From NCBI GenBank assembly GCA_012295275.1, contig CM022675.1, positions 8,742,001-8,806,000 of the forward strand: a stretch of 64,000 bases of DNA. Direction: 5' to 3'. Below the pieces are notes generated by a model that was given only the letters and a program-made list of their open reading frames with translations, was not told the origin of the DNA and did not search any database. Source of the DNA: Chrysomallon squamiferum (taxonomy: Eukaryota > Animalia > Mollusca). This document shows, in pieces, positions 45,786 through 61,232 of this stretch. How positions within the stretch are numbered: the stretch's first letter is position 1; every line of letters begins with the position of its first letter. The position numbers were made by a program, and so were the translations under genes.

Positions 45786-46165
45786 TGTGTGTGTGTGTGT
45801 GTCTGTTTCATAAAACCTTTTCATTATAATCGACAAATGATCCAAGAATATTAATCTTACTGTTTAACCTTTATTCTAATATAATATTCTCCAAACGATG
45901 CTTTTAACTGCATTAAAGGTGCAGGTGTGATTCTTTCTTTGTGCGTGCATGTGTGTGTGTGTGTCTGTATGTTCGACTTCAGGTGTTAAACTGAAGTGGA
46001 AAGACATTGATCGTATTTTTAAGCGAATACTAGAAATTCCTTTCAACACAAACGACTCGATTGAAAACAACAACAACAATTAATATATATATTTTTTCTT
46101 TCATTTTTTTTAACGCGATTGTTATAACTCTCTCTCATCACAGACGGGAATCGTTTGAAGAACTG

Positions 46166-46203
<38 letters not shown>

Positions 46204-48072
46204 GAGAAAGCAAAAGAAAAAGAAATCATTCATCAGAATATTGACTCCTTTTGAATTATGAGAAGTCTTAGTTGTTTTTGTTGTTTTGTTTTTTTTTTTT
46301 TTTTTTTTTTATTTGTCTAACTTCTGTTTCTTTTCGACGACTCGCCTGGCCACAATAAAGAATTGTTATTTTTTTTTTTTTTTTTATTCAACGAACAATT
46401 AGATTTCTTCAGCTTCACCTTCCAGTGAAACTCACTACGACGTGCTTGTAAAGACGCCCGAAATCGACGTTAATCTACAAGCCCGCGCGACGTTGGCAAC
46501 CTCACACAGGCATCCGACTGCATGCAGAAGAATAGAGTTATCGATCTTCGCTGAAAACAATTACGACTTGCTCTTTTGTGCTCGACTGGTGTTTCGCTCG
46601 TCCTGTGACCGCTCGTCGGTTTCCGTAAGGATTCGCGCAACAATCGAGCATGTTCCGTCGTCTTTTCAATTTTCCGATGTTTTAAAAGAGATTTACACAA
46701 ATTAGGGCCGCCGCATTGATTTAAAGATTCCGGATGAAAGGAGTGTAGTTTTAAGGCATTTATAATTTCTTTGTGTCTGTAATGTCTTAGTTTTAAGAAA
46801 AAAAAAAAAAAAAAAATAAAAAAAAAAAAAAAAAAAAAAAAAAACTGTTAATGTCTACTACAGAATCAAAGAAAATAAGAGAAAAGAATATTTACTTCAG
46901 AATGACAGAAATCATTATTAAAAGAATTTAAAAATTTTTTTTTTCTACTTTATTTTTTCTTTTTCATTTTTTTATTTATAATTTCATTTCTTTTTTTTTT
47001 TATCTGTCTTTTCTATTTTTATCTTTCTTTATTCTTTCTCATTTTTTCTTTTGCTTCTTTTTATTTTTTTTTTTTTTTTTTTCTTTATCTTTCTTCTTTC
47101 TTTTGATTTCTTTCTGTCGAAGTGCACTAAAAGGAACTTAAAGAATCAATAATAATGACGTTGATGACATTTGGTGATATTAGTAATAATAAAAATGTTG
47201 CCAATCATGATGATGCTGATAACGCCAGGAGTGTGATCTTAATAATAATGATGACGGTGATGCTGTTGATAATATATTATAGTCATATGACACTGCTGTT
47301 TATAATGATGATGTCGAAGGAAATAATTACGATGCTGTCGATGATGATGCTGATTATAATAATTTGGAGTGTTGGTTACTTGACAATTTTTAAATAGATA
47401 AAAAAATAAAAATTAGTTGTAGGACACTGGTTGGAACGGAAAATTATCTCAGTGTACTAGGAAATGAAGTTTAATTACGTACTCTCAGGCCGGTGAGAGG
47501 AGAGTTAAAATTATGACGTCACAGATTTAATCCTTAGTTAAGGCCTGTCCCAAACACAACTGGATTCCAGTCTAAGGAGATAATATATTAAAACACTGTA
47601 CACAGGTCATACATCTAACCATCTAACATACTAACCACAGCCTTCACTAACTAATCTCCTAACATACTAACACCATAAAACAAAAAATTTAAAATTTAAA
47701 AAAACCAAAAAAAACCCACCACGGACCCCTTTAACATGTGTACCACAACAGGCGTGCTTGACCCCGTGTTATTTAAAACGGACTCTTCTCTTCTCCAAAA
47801 TGAGCAACGCAAAAAAACAAAACCCACCCCAGAAGCTGAATGAACCCAATGGCGAGGCTCGATTCCAGGAGAGAGAGAAAAAATGTCGCGTTCGCCCGAC
47901 CCAATTAACCCTATTTACTCCAGCCTGTCTCTTTGTGCGCCGCACCCCATGCACGTGCCGCCTCCCCCTGTGCGGACGTGAGACGTTGATGGCATCTGCC
48001 GGCGCGAATGAAGACAATTATATCTGAAAACCACGCGGTTATCATCAACACTTGACCGTTTTAGTCGAGATT

Positions 48073-48153
<81 letters not shown>

Positions 48154-48726
48154 CCGAGACACACGTTCTTTTTCTGGCTGGCGTTTTTGTGATAATGACG
48201 TCATAAAGTATGTGGGGTTTTTTTTGTTTGTTTGCGTAAATTTTCGTAAGATTCGTTGCTGATTTTGATATATATTATCGTAGATCCTGGTCTTTTATTA
48301 TTATTGTTATTAAATTTTGAAATTTTTTGTTTTGAAAATTCAAATTAGACAAATTTGTACATGAATATGAGACTATCCCTCTCTGTTTTTCTCTCTGTCT
48401 CTCTGTCTGTCTTCTATCAGTCTGTCTGTATATCTGTCCATCTACTGAGTTAATCAGTCCATCTATTATGTATATATTATCTGTCTGTCTGTCTGACTAG
48501 CTATCTATCTGTTTTTCTATCTAAATACACACAAATACACACACTATATATTTATTTATTTATTTATCCATCTACCTATTTATCTGATTCTTTATCTGTC
48601 TGTTTTTCTATCTAAATCCAACAAACAAATACTAACACTCATCTATTTATTTGTTTTATCCATCTAGAATCAAATTTATATAATATATATATATATATGT
48701 CTGATATGAAATCTTTACCTCTAACA

Positions 48727-48780
<54 letters not shown>

Positions 48781-48890
48781 CATAGAGAAACTTAGTAACA
48801 GAAAGAAATAATTAACAGCTACTAAAAGAAATACGTTTTGTCTAACTGACAAATCATACTGTCTGATAGAGAAAATACCAGTAACACATT

Positions 48891-48926
<36 letters not shown>

Positions 48927-49457
48927 CATATTACGCACACATTAATACGTAACATAATTCTGCAATACACGGAACATTACGCGGGGAAATTTGCTGTGAT
49001 TTCTTGACCCGACACGGTGACCCGCAAGTCAAGGGCTTTTGACCTCGCCAACATTCGGCATCAATTTCAGAACATGAATTACGCACTCACAACATCAATC
49101 ATCAATTTCTCGAGAGCTCGCCATCTTTTATGCATTTTCCATTGACGTTTCATCTCCTAGGGGCGACCGATCGGCCATTTATTGCTGGGTTAATGCGCTC
49201 GAACGCGATCCCCATAAAAATGGAGACTCTCGCAGTGCATGCGTGGAATTGCAATTGACTCTTGGCGTTCTAATTTCCACGCGGGAACTTTTAGAAAGAC
49301 GCTCTGCAATTTTGGCTAAAATTTAGAATTACGTTTTAGAATTTCTGACGTCATTTTTGTTGTGAGAAGTCAGAGCTTGATTGTGTTTGTTTGTTTGTTT
49401 TGTGTGTTTTGTTTGTTTGTTTTGCTTTTTTTGCTTTATTGTTATTTATTTGTTTGT

Positions 49458-49488
<31 letters not shown>

Positions 49489-50027
49489 TTATTATATTGT
49501 GTTTGTTTATTTTATTTATTTTTTTTACTTTATTTACTTATATTTATTTATTTATCTATTTTTATTTTATCTACTTATATTTATTTATTTATCTATTTTT
49601 ATTTTACATATATTTATTTATTTATTTATTTATTTATTTATTATCTATTTATTTATTTTATTTACTTATATTTACTTATATTTATTTATTGTTGTTGTTG
49701 TGTAATTGTTACTGCTATTATTTTGTGTGTTAAATTATTCTGTGGAATGAAAAATTTTCTAGTGCTGATAAAATGTACCAGAAAGATTATAGGTTCAGAC
49801 ATTTGTAAGAAAACAAATATGACAATATCTGGTTATATCAGTATTTGTTATTTTAGAATATTATATATTTAAATCCAGTTATATTATTTTATTTCTTTCT
49901 CCTAATACTTTCTTGTTTTTAATATTTCTATATCCTTTAAACTGTTAATTTTGTTACTGTAAGATATATTATTCTTATATGGTTATCAACTCCGCGAGAA
50001 AAAGAAAGAGAAAGACAGAAAGGGAAA

Positions 50028-50165
<138 letters not shown>

Positions 50166-50344
50166 GAGAGATTTGTTTCCTTTTTGATATTAACAAACTA
50201 TTCTTATTCTGGTTTTGTTTTTTTTGGAAATAATCTGTTTGTCATCTACTGACATCAACACTAAATCAAAATATTTTATTTTTCTTATTCTTCCTGAAGA
50301 ATTCTTCTAAAAATAAGACAACGTCTAATGTTTGAATTAATTTT

Positions 50345-50381
<37 letters not shown>

Positions 50382-50444
50382 GTTTATATGCGAATGAAAA
50401 CAATTTCCCTTACAAAACAGAGAAAACTTGGAAATTGATAAAGC

Positions 50445-50479
<35 letters not shown>

Positions 50480-50857
50480 AAGAAAATGTAATCCTCATTC
50501 AAAGAGAAAAATAGAAAAGAATAAAATTTTTATCTTTTTGTTTGTCGAGTTTTTTTTTTTTGAGATTTCGGAAAAGACTGCGTCTTATTGTTGTCAATTG
50601 CCGATTAGTTCGAGACAGAAAGAAAAAATAGAAAAAATGCAAATTTGTCTCCAAATTATGACAAGTTGATTTCTCGTTTAATATTTTATACAAATCTTGT
50701 GATGTGACGACGCTTACAGGTGCATTGTGGGATAGATTATATTCGTTTCTTTTCTCATTGTTATTATTGGTTTCTTTGTTGTTGTTGTTTTGTTTTTTTT
50801 TCTTTTCTATTTTCGTTTTCTTTTATTGTTTGGTTACGAAAGTTTTGCTGCGTTGTT

Positions 50858-50888
<31 letters not shown>

Positions 50889-53479
50889 TTTTTTTCTTAA
50901 TTCTTTTTCTTGTTATTGTTATTAGTACAAACAGAACGAAATCTAAAGAAATACAAAAACAAAGACGGAATAAAATAATAAGTTTGCATCAGATATAGAT
51001 ACAGGTGTACTTTTGTGTCATAAATGAATAAATTCTCATTATCAACAAACAAAAGTAATAATCATAATAACAAGAAGAACATTGACAACAACAACAACAA
51101 CAACAACAACAATAATAATAATAATAATAATCACAATAATAATAATTAGAAAATGAAAGAATATAAATTTGTAGAAAAATAAAATACTCTGCTTCGCAAA
51201 AAAATAAATAATAATAATAATAGTACAGAAAAATTAAATAAATAATAATTAAAATAAACGAAATTAAATATATATTTGACGATTTTCTATTTATTTATCT
51301 GAACAGTATTTTATTTATATATATATATATAATTTATATACCCCCAAAAAAAAAAAACCCCAAACAAACAAACAATAAATAAAGAAATAAACAAATAAGA
51401 CAAAAAATTTTATTTTACCATGAAGAATCGACCATTTTCTATTTATTTAGTTGAAAATTTCTTTCACCAAATTTTATTTCTTCAGTTCAAAATTTCTTTC
51501 ACCCTTTATTTCTTTTTCTTTCTTTCTCTCTTTCTTTCTTTTTCCTTTTGTACTTTACTTCTTCTTCCATTTTTTCTCTTACCTCTGTTTTTCACATTGA
51601 TTGGTATCTGATGTTTAAATTCTTTCTGTCTCTGTTAATTTTTTTTAATTTTAATTTATCATGATGACGATTGTGACCTTTCCAAAAGTTATTTTGATTT
51701 AACGGTTCCACATAGTTTAAAAAGAAAAACTGATAAAATAAAATAAAATAAAATAAAAATTATTAAGACAAAAGAAAGAAAGAAAAACAAAATCAAAGAA
51801 AGAAAGAAGAAAAGAGAAATGTAATCGAAAGAATGTTAATAAAGAAAGAAGTGTAAGTTTAAAAAATTTAAAGTTAATTGTAAATTTAAAAAGAAAAAAA
51901 AAAGAAGGAAAGAAGAAAAAGAAAATGATAGAAAGAAAAGAAATGAAAAACAGTGAAAGAATAGAAAACGATAAAAAAAGAATGACAGGGAAAAATTAGT
52001 AATAGAAAGAAAGAAGAAAGGAGAAATGAAAACAAAAGAAAGAATGTTAATAAAGAACGAAAATAGGAAAAATTTAAAAAACAAAACAAATGAAGAATTT
52101 TTTGAACATTTATTACTAAATTTTATTATCATCGCCATTTGCAATATCATCATGATAATCATTATTATATCAGTTTCAGTATCATCATAATTGTTGTCAT
52201 TTGTATGTATTTTGTGTTTATACATATGAATGTATGTATGTCTGTGTATCAATATATCATTATCATAATAATAATAATAATGGTCATAATAGTATCATCA
52301 TCATTACATTATTATTATTGTTGTTGTTGTTATTATTATTATTATTATTATTGTTATTGTTATTGTTATTGTTATTGTTATTGTTATTGTTATTGTTATT
52401 GTTATTATTATTATTATTATTAATCTAACTGAAGAACGTTCGCTGTCACCTTGGAAACGCATCAAACTCAAACTTAAATCCCACATTCTGAACATCTCAG
52501 AATTCAGACCCTTATCTGAATAAAACGTTCCAAAAAAAAAAAAAAAACGCGATTCTACGATTTTGATCCGACGTTGACACAACATAATAACTGAATGAAA
52601 TCAATGCCATGGCGTTGACACGTCACACTCAACGAAAACAATTAAGTCTACTGCAGCGATAACGGTAGAAGCCCTCATTATTGTAAATTTTCTTTTTCGT
52701 TTTATCTGTACGACTTACAAAAGATGGCGAAACGGCAGCCATGTTGAGTGGCAGATTAATACCTCCAAGACGAAAGAGTTCGAAAAGAGCCGAGCACTCT
52801 AAATATAATAATTATCAATGAATATCTAATGTCGAATGATGACGTTATTTTTTATTTTTTTTTTTTTTTCTCTCTGTTTGCACGAGGACTTCTGCATTTA
52901 TGACGTATAATGAATAATGTATGAAGAACTGGGAAAAGAAATAAATAAAAATGAAAACTTATAAAAAGAAAGTAGAACGAAATAAAGGAAAAGAAAGGAA
53001 AAAGAAACAAAAAAGACAAAAAAAGAAGAAACAATAAAATATGAATGGAAGAAAAAAAGAAGAGGAAAGAAAGAAGAAAAAATAAAACAAGAAGAGGAGA
53101 GAAAGAAGAAGAAAGAAAGGGACAGAAGAAAAAAGATATTAACAAAAAAAGAATGAACGAATGTAAGAAAATAGAAAAGAAAAGAAATGGACAATCTAAA
53201 AAACAAAGAAAAGAAAAAAATAAGAACGAAGGAAAATTAAAATAACAAAAAATTATATAGAAGAAAAATAAAATTAAAATAATAATTTTACCAAAAATGG
53301 ATTTGTAAGGTTATTAAGCTGATTATTGTTAGAAAAAGAAGTTCACTTTGACAACAACGCTGATACGACGACGTCAACTACGCGGTTACGATGACGATAA
53401 AAAGATGTCGTCAAGCTGATTTTACAACCCAGACATTAACCAAGTAATAAGCTATAGTTATTTCCAGTCAAATCTAAAC

Positions 53480-54090
53480 ACTATAATAATAACAACAGCA
53501 ATAATAATAACAATAACAGTAACAATAATATGAATATGAAAATGAATATGAATATGAATAACAATAAGAGTAATAATAATAACAATAACAGTAATAATAA
53601 TAATAGTAATAATAATAATAACAATAACAGTAATAATAATAATATGAATATGAATATGAAAATGAATAACAATAGCAGTAATAATAACAATAGTAATAAT
53701 AATAATAATAACCATAACAGTAATAATAATAATAACAATAAGAGTAATAATATGATTATGAATATGAAGAACAATAAGAGTAATAATAATAATAATAACA
53801 ATAAGAGCAATAATAATAATAATAACAATAAGAGTAATAATAATAATAGTAATAATAATAATAGTAATAATATAATAACAATAAGAGTAACAATAACAGT
53901 AATAATAATAACAATAACAATAATAGTAATAATAATAACACAACAACAACAATATCAATAACAGTAATAATAATAATAATGTTGATGATGATAATAATAA
54001 TAATAACGATATTGATGATGATAACAATAACAACAACAATAACAACAACAACACAAACAGCAACAAAAATAACAATAAGAAGAAGAACAA
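53480..54090. repeat. Compound (AAT/AAC)n tract with higher-order units (AACAATAAGAGTAATAATAAT; AATATG)
   Basis: Directly visible; explains the poly-N/I/L ORFs called here. Confidence 0.9.
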
Positions 54091-54865
54091 TAATTTACAT
54101 GTCTTCGCCTTTTGCTTTTCTGTACATTATTTTTTCTTTCTTTCTTCTTCATTGTATGAGAAAAGATCATATTACAAAAAAGGAAAAATAATTGTGCTCT
54201 CAGGGCTTCTGTTCACTGTGTCACATTTTGCGTGCGCTATAATGATGACAAAGTCACAGTAGTGCGTTAATTACGACGTCGTACACGTGAGTCGGGTTTC
54301 AGGAAGCTGATACCGTTGGCGTGGTGTCGCTAAAATCAGCTTGGTCGTGGATCACGTGTTGAAATACGTCATTAACTTTTTATTGGACAGGATCGTTTTC
54401 ACGCTGAACAGAAAGAGTGAAGGCGTATCGGTTTAAAATTCCAGAAATAATAATTATCTGTTGTTGTTGTTGTTGTTGTCATGGAAGAAGAATAGGATGA
54501 CAGTGATTTTTTGCAACCGTTCCGTAGAATAAACAAAACATTTTTGTTGTGATATTTTATTTTCTACAGATTTAGTGTTGGTAGGTAAAGGTGTTTCTGT
54601 TCTGACGGAAAAAAGTTAAAGTCATTGACAGAGAGAGAGAGAGACAGATGTACAAAGTAGTCATACTGTAATCTAGGAGCTACTAAGTTTCAAATATTCA
54701 CTCCATAACCTATCAGATTTTGTAACGTAATCGTTTTTTCACTTTTGTGTGTCTGTAAGTATGTGTCTCTATTTTTAGTGTTTTTGTTCCTTTTTGTTGT
54801 ATGTCTGTCTATCTTCCACCTTTTGATGTTATATCTCTCTCTCTCTCGCTCTCTCTCTGTCTCTC

Positions 54866-54944
<79 letters not shown>

Positions 54945-55077
54945 CGCTCTCTTCCTCTCTCTCTCTCACTTTCCCATCCACAAAATCACAGCAGAGAAAG
55001 AAAAAAAGAAGTCTTTTTTTCCTATTTTAAATCTTGGTCATCAAATAACTAAGCCAGATTTTTTCTCTTTTTTTCAG

Positions 55078-55336
55078 CCAATCCATACATGAAAGTTAAA
55101 CTTGACCAGAAGTCACAGCACCATTCAAAACCATGCAATACCCTCACAGCCAAACCTGCGCAGCCAGTCGCCAAGTTCGAATACGGTGAAAAGGCCTTTG
55201 TAAATAGTCCCTACGAACACGCGGTCCCTTCACCGACAGATTCGGCGTGTTCATCCGCCTCCGGAAAAGAGTCCGTATCATCCTGCAAAGAATCATCTTA
55301 CAATTCACAGAATGATATTTATCATCAGTCAGAAAG
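55078..55336 (+). CDS. Pea3: PEA3-like coding exon D, 259 nt: (P)NPYMKVKLDQK...KFEYGEKAFVNSPYE...YHQSE(R)
   Basis: ttttcag|CC AAT CCA TAC ATG... to GAA AG|gtatgt; phase 1-2, joining exon C and exon E in frame. KFEYGEKA resembles ETV1 KFSYGEKC, and VKLD fits the psi-K-x-D/E SUMO consensus. Confidence 0.93.
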
Positions 55337-55964
55337 GTATGTGTAAAATTTCTTCTTTTTTTGTTGTTTTTTTTAGTGGATTTTACTAAAGTCGTCTGAT
55401 CGTTTATCTGTTTTGGCGCGATAATATATGTAGAGTTAAAAACAGTTTATTAATTCAGTTTCGTATTATTAACTAGTTATAATAAATAAATAAATAAATG
55501 TACTGATAACAAACAAAAAAAGGTTTCTGATTTTAAATCTTAATTTTCTGCTGCGTCTTTTGCTTTGTACTAAATCAAAGTTAAGATATAAAATAAATTA
55601 CGTAGATTTAAAACTTTAAATATTTTCGACAATAAACACGAGACTCAGATTTATTTCAGAAAAAAACTATAAAATATTGGTTTAGGATATTTTAAAATAG
55701 TTTCAAAATGAAAAGATGTTTTTCTTTCATAATGACGATAGTGATTTATGTGTACGTGTGCGTTTGTATTTCGTATTATTACGTATTAGTACCTCTGTGC
55801 ATACGTAAATAAATGTGCATATAATGACGTACATTATTACGTATATTATATATGTGTGTGTATATGAATAGATATATAGATATTAGATAGATAGATAAAT
55901 AGATAGACAAACAGATCGATCGAAAGATATAGATACTTATAAATAAATAGATAGGCAGACAGAC

Positions 55965-56011
<47 letters not shown>

Positions 56012-56879
56012 AAAACAGACAGACAAATAGAAAGCCAGACAGAAACACAGATATAGATATATATAGATACAAATAAATAAACAGACAGACAGATAGATAG
56101 ACTGATAAATAGACAGAGAGACAAACAGAATGAAAGGCAGGTAGGAACAGAGATGCATTGAATGGATGGATGGATGGATAAATAGGTAGACAGACAGACA
56201 GACAGACAGACAGATAGATAGATAGATAGAGACACAGATATATAGAGACACAGATATATAGATATAATTTTTTAAATATATTTATGTAAGTACTGGAATA
56301 ATGTTTTGTGTGTGTGTGTGGGTGTGTGACATTATTATTGTTAAATAAATATCTGTGAAAGTCTCACTTTCCATTACTAAAAACACTATTACCAAAAAGG
56401 GGCGTTAACTTCTCTTTGTTTGCCCGGGAGTCAGCAGTGTCAAAATGAGCATGAAATTGTGGGACGGGAAAGTCGCGTGCAGCAATCATCTTGTATTAAT
56501 GGGCCCTAAACCCTAATCTGCCCGCGGGCCCGTAATTTGAGGCCAAACCTGCCTTTTTCCGTGTCTGACAAATAACGCCAAACATCACTGTGACAGGCAA
56601 CCGCGGAGAGTCACGGGAGGCCTGTTTGGGGTTTGATTAAATTAAAATTACAAGTCAGAGCCGCTTATGGTGGTAATAAGAATTTTTGGATTTGAGTTCT
56701 GATAAAGTTTTATACTTGATGTTGTTTTATACTACTACTACTACTACTAATTATAATAGTAATATTTCTACTACTACTACCACCACTACTACTACTACTG
56801 CTGCTGCTATTATTTATTTATTTATTTATTCATTTTATTTATTTATTTTAAGCATTCAGATCTCTCTCTATCTCTCTCT

Positions 56880-56942
<63 letters not shown>

Positions 56943-57530
56943 TAAATAAGTGACTTAATAACGCAGCCCATGGAAGGCCTCTGCGAATGACGCGCTATCT
57001 GTCTCCAAGTTTGAGAAACCGTCCGTGGAAAACATTTACAATTAAACGAAATTACACCTTTGAGTTACTGAACCTTTTTACCTCCAACACACGAGAGTTC
57101 GGTTTCCAACTGAGACGTCACTTTATCTCTGGTGTTACCATGGAAACAGAAAGCTAACCTGGATGGATACCGCGTTCTGCGCTAATGGCATGTTTCAAAA
57201 CGAGTCTCAAATGATTTAAACTCTACTCGTATTTGTGACACCTCTAAAGGGCCCCCCAGGCTGTAAGGCGCGCCAAGAAAGGTTAAAATAATAATGCCGG
57301 TGCCTTGAGCGTAGTTGTGTTTCTTCTTCGTTTTTAAATTGCTCCCTGTAAAGCCCGGTGTCCACTTTATTTGTTACCTATTAAAAGATGTGGCCCTGAC
57401 GTTTGAAAAGCGTTAAAAATACGAATCAATTAATTTGATTATCATGTCAGTACGGATATATTTTAAACTTTTAAAAATTAAGTAATTGAGAAAAAGAAAT
57501 ATTTCTGAAACTTTTGATACTGGATTTTGC

Positions 57531-57599
<69 letters not shown>

Positions 57600-58102
57600 T
57601 TACTTTACTGAATTTAGTTTCAGTGAATGATTCAATTTATTTATTTTCAAATCGTTTAAATCTCTCTCGTTAAAAAATTTATAAAATTTTAGGAAGTTTA
57701 ATTACTTATATACTCTTCTGATTATCATCATCATCATCATCATCGTCATCATCGGCTGTTTTTGTTGCATCAGCTATTTGTATTTTTCTTCTGTGACGTT
57801 GTCGTAGTTGTCTTTAATAAAAAATATTTTTCTTATTTATTTATTTTATTTTATTTGTTTATTTATTATTCATTTGTTTTATTATTTATTTTATTTTATT
57901 TTATTATTTATTTTATATTTTATTTTATTTATTTATTTATTATATTTATTTATTTATTTATTTATTTATTTATTATATTTATTTATTTTATTTTACTTAT
58001 TATGCTTTTATTTATTTATTTATTTATTTGTTTACTCTTACTTATTTACTTACTTATTTACTTACTTACATATTTATTTATTTACTTTTTCAATTTTCAC
58101 AG

Positions 58103-58325
58103 ATTTCCTCGCTCCAATTCAGAACCTAGCAGCGGGTACACCACGCCCGAACCACGACCCCAGGGATACCCCCAGACCCCGGCCATGATCCCTTCGTCGT
58201 ACCACCCCAACATGATGAAACCGGAGTACCTGGAGTGCGGGTACGACATGCAGAGGAGCCACGGGTACCATCCCAGTCCGTCTACCCACCCCGCCACATC
58301 CCACATCAAACAAGAACCGGGAGAC
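58103..58325 (+). CDS. Pea3: PEA3-like coding exon E: (R)FPRSNSEPSSGYTTPEPRP...MMKPEY...HIKQEPGD; 3' boundary uncertain (58325 or ~58339)
   Basis: ttttcacag|A TTT CCT (phase 2, matches exon D). GC-rich coding composition; FPRSNSEP, MKPE and IKQEP motifs as in PEA3 proteins. The only plausible nearby donor (GAC|gtacga) is phase 0, which conflicts with the next exon. Confidence 0.9.
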
Positions 58326-58330
58326 GTACG

Positions 58331-58497
58331 AATGTTGGGAGAAGTTGAAATTTAAAATGAAGTTTGTTGTGGTGGTAAGTTGAAATTTAAAATGTAAATG
58401 TTGTGGTAAGTTTGAAATTTGAAATGTAAAAGTTGTGGTAAGTTGAAATTTAAAATGTAAAAGTTGTGGTAAGTTTGAAATTTCAAATGTAAAAGTA
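58331..58497 (+). repeat. ~31-bp tandem repeat carrying consensus donors G|GTAAGT directly after exon E
   Basis: GTTGTGGTAAGTT(T)GAAATTT(A/G/C)AAATGTAAA units, with GTAAGT at 58375, 58406, 58438 and 58469. The first, degenerate unit overlaps the exon end. Confidence 0.9.
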
Positions 58498-58524
58498 AAT
58501 AAATCTACAAATGTTGAAACAGAA

Positions 58525-58633
<109 letters not shown>

Positions 58634-59063
58634 CATATATTTATTTATTTATTATATATATATATACACATTTACACACACACACACACAAACACAGACC
58701 CACACACACACACACACACGGGCATAAGACAGAAAAATGAAACACCTCGCCACCCCAAACACAATCTAGAACTACAAAATACGAAGTTCTGCAGACAAAG
58801 ACCGTTCAATTGTTGTGTATATTGGCTGCTCTAAGCCCGCACGATTAAGTCGGCTAATCCTGGCAATCTCGTTATAACAGTTGACTGCCAGCCAGATTTT
58901 TCATTTCTCGTCGTTTCGAACTTGTCCAGTGAGGCAGACAGCTACAGTTTTGACAGAAGAAAAAAAATAAAATAGCAATACGAAGAGTTAAGATGTGGAG
59001 TTAAAGATGGAGTGGAAGGGAAAGATGGAGTGAATGAGGGAGTGAGGGAGGGAGGGAGGGAGG

Positions 59064-59140
<77 letters not shown>

Positions 59141-59256
59141 CATGCAGATAGACTGACAGATATACAAATAGGAAAAGACAGAATGAAAATAAAGAAGAGC
59201 TGAAGTTTCAGTAAACAAAGAAGAAAAAGCAAAGCAAAACAAAAGAAAGAAAGCTG

Positions 59257-59306
<50 letters not shown>

Positions 59307-59418
59307 CGACAATGATGTTAATGACAATAACAAGAGCAAAAATAATTATTATTATAATACAGTATTACATACAAACACAGACCCTAACACACACACGGGC
59401 ATAAGACAGAAAAATGAA

Positions 59419-59461
<43 letters not shown>

Positions 59462-59563
59462 AACAAAATTTAATAGTCGCTAAAGACACGAACAGTTAAC
59501 ACATTTTTTTTTAAAAATATTTAAAACATTTCACTCAAATCATCATCTTTTTTTTTTTTCACT

Positions 59564-59636
<73 letters not shown>

Positions 59637-61232
59637 CCGTAACCGGAAAAGGAACCACTTCCTTCTTCTTTCTTCTTCTTCTTCTTCTTAAAGGGGTCTC
59701 CTCCCGAGTTCAGAGAGCACTAACAGAACTCATTCCGACCCGTAAATCCTGTTTGATCAATGGATTAGTGCTTATTAAAGACAGTTAAGACCTGTCTCTC
59801 TTCATTCACGATGTTTTCACTGTTTCAATTTGTGGCGTGGCCGAGTCGCTGGAAGACGGTGTTAATCAAATAGTCGCCCTGTGGAAAATAGCACCGCGGT
59901 CTAATCACGGCGCATGGCCACGTTGTTGATGTCGGATGATTGAATTAAAGTTGAAAATAAAAATCTGGCCCCCATGCTGATTATGTCGCCAAAGATCAAT
60001 TTGTCATCCGTAGAAGATATTCAGACGGAGTAATAAGAATCAAAATTAGCTGAGATTTAGTCAGAGTTTTATTTTTTTTTTTTTTTTTTTTTTTTTTTGT
60101 TATTTCTGGTTATGACGTGTGTGTGTATACAAACACAAGTACATACACATATATACACATACACACAAATACACACATTATTAGGTTTATTTATTTCTTT
60201 ATGTTTTTGTTTATTTCATTGTTTATTTCTTATTTAATAATTTTGTTTTTTTGTTTTTTTGGAATTATTTTTATTTATTTATTTGATAATTAATTTGTTT
60301 GTTTATTTATCAGTTTATATATTTCCTTATTAAATTATTGGTACTTTATTATTTATTTCTTTGTTTATTTACTTACTCGCCAACTTATTTTAGTTTATTA
60401 ATATGTTTTTGCCATTACTGTTATTGTTGTTGTTGTTTTTAAATATATATGAGTAAAATTTAATTTAATTTAATTTATGGCTTTATATTTTTACTTAGTT
60501 CTTTATTTACTTACTTATTTATTAACTTTATTTATTTATTTATTTATTTATTCATTTATTCATTCATTCATTTATACTATCTTGATAATGTACAACCCTT
60601 CGTTATATCCATTGTACAAGTGAATCAGCCAACTTTTCTTTGTACTAAATATTTTTAGATTTTGTTGTGGTTTTGATTAATGTATAAATATTTAATAATT
60701 AAATCCCTTTGATTACTTTATTTCGTTTTGCTTTTCTAGTCACATATAATTTCTTGGTCATCTCTTTTCCTTAAAAAAATAAGATATATAAATATTTTTA
60801 AAATTTTATTTATTTGTTCGACTCTGTAGTTATTTATATTTGTTAAGTGTATTATATGAAACTGTATTATATTATATTATATTATATTATATTATATTAT
60901 ATTATATTATATTATATTATATTATATTATATTATAGATCGCATCGATATTATTTCGTACTGCATAATAGTTTAATTTGTTTATCTATTTCTTTACTTGC
61001 TCATTTCAATATTTTCTTAGTTATTTAATTAGTTAGTTACCTGGTTAGTTGATTGAAATTTCTAATTTACTCTTCTTTTGATATTTTTCTTGTTTTCTTA
61101 CTATTTTACAAAAATATTCATTACTTACACATTTATTTCACTAACCTACAAATGTGGCATATAATATAAAAATATAATTATTTAAATTTTGATCTATTTT
61201 AATATTCTTTGATATTTTCTTTGATCTTTCAG

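Noticed and set aside
58097-58313. Two antisense ORFs over exon E
   Set aside because: Shadow frames of a GC-rich sense exon.
58712-59418. Duplicated CACACGGGCATAAGACAGAAAAATGAA at ~58714 and ~59392
   Set aside because: Short local duplication beside a CA repeat with no functional signature.
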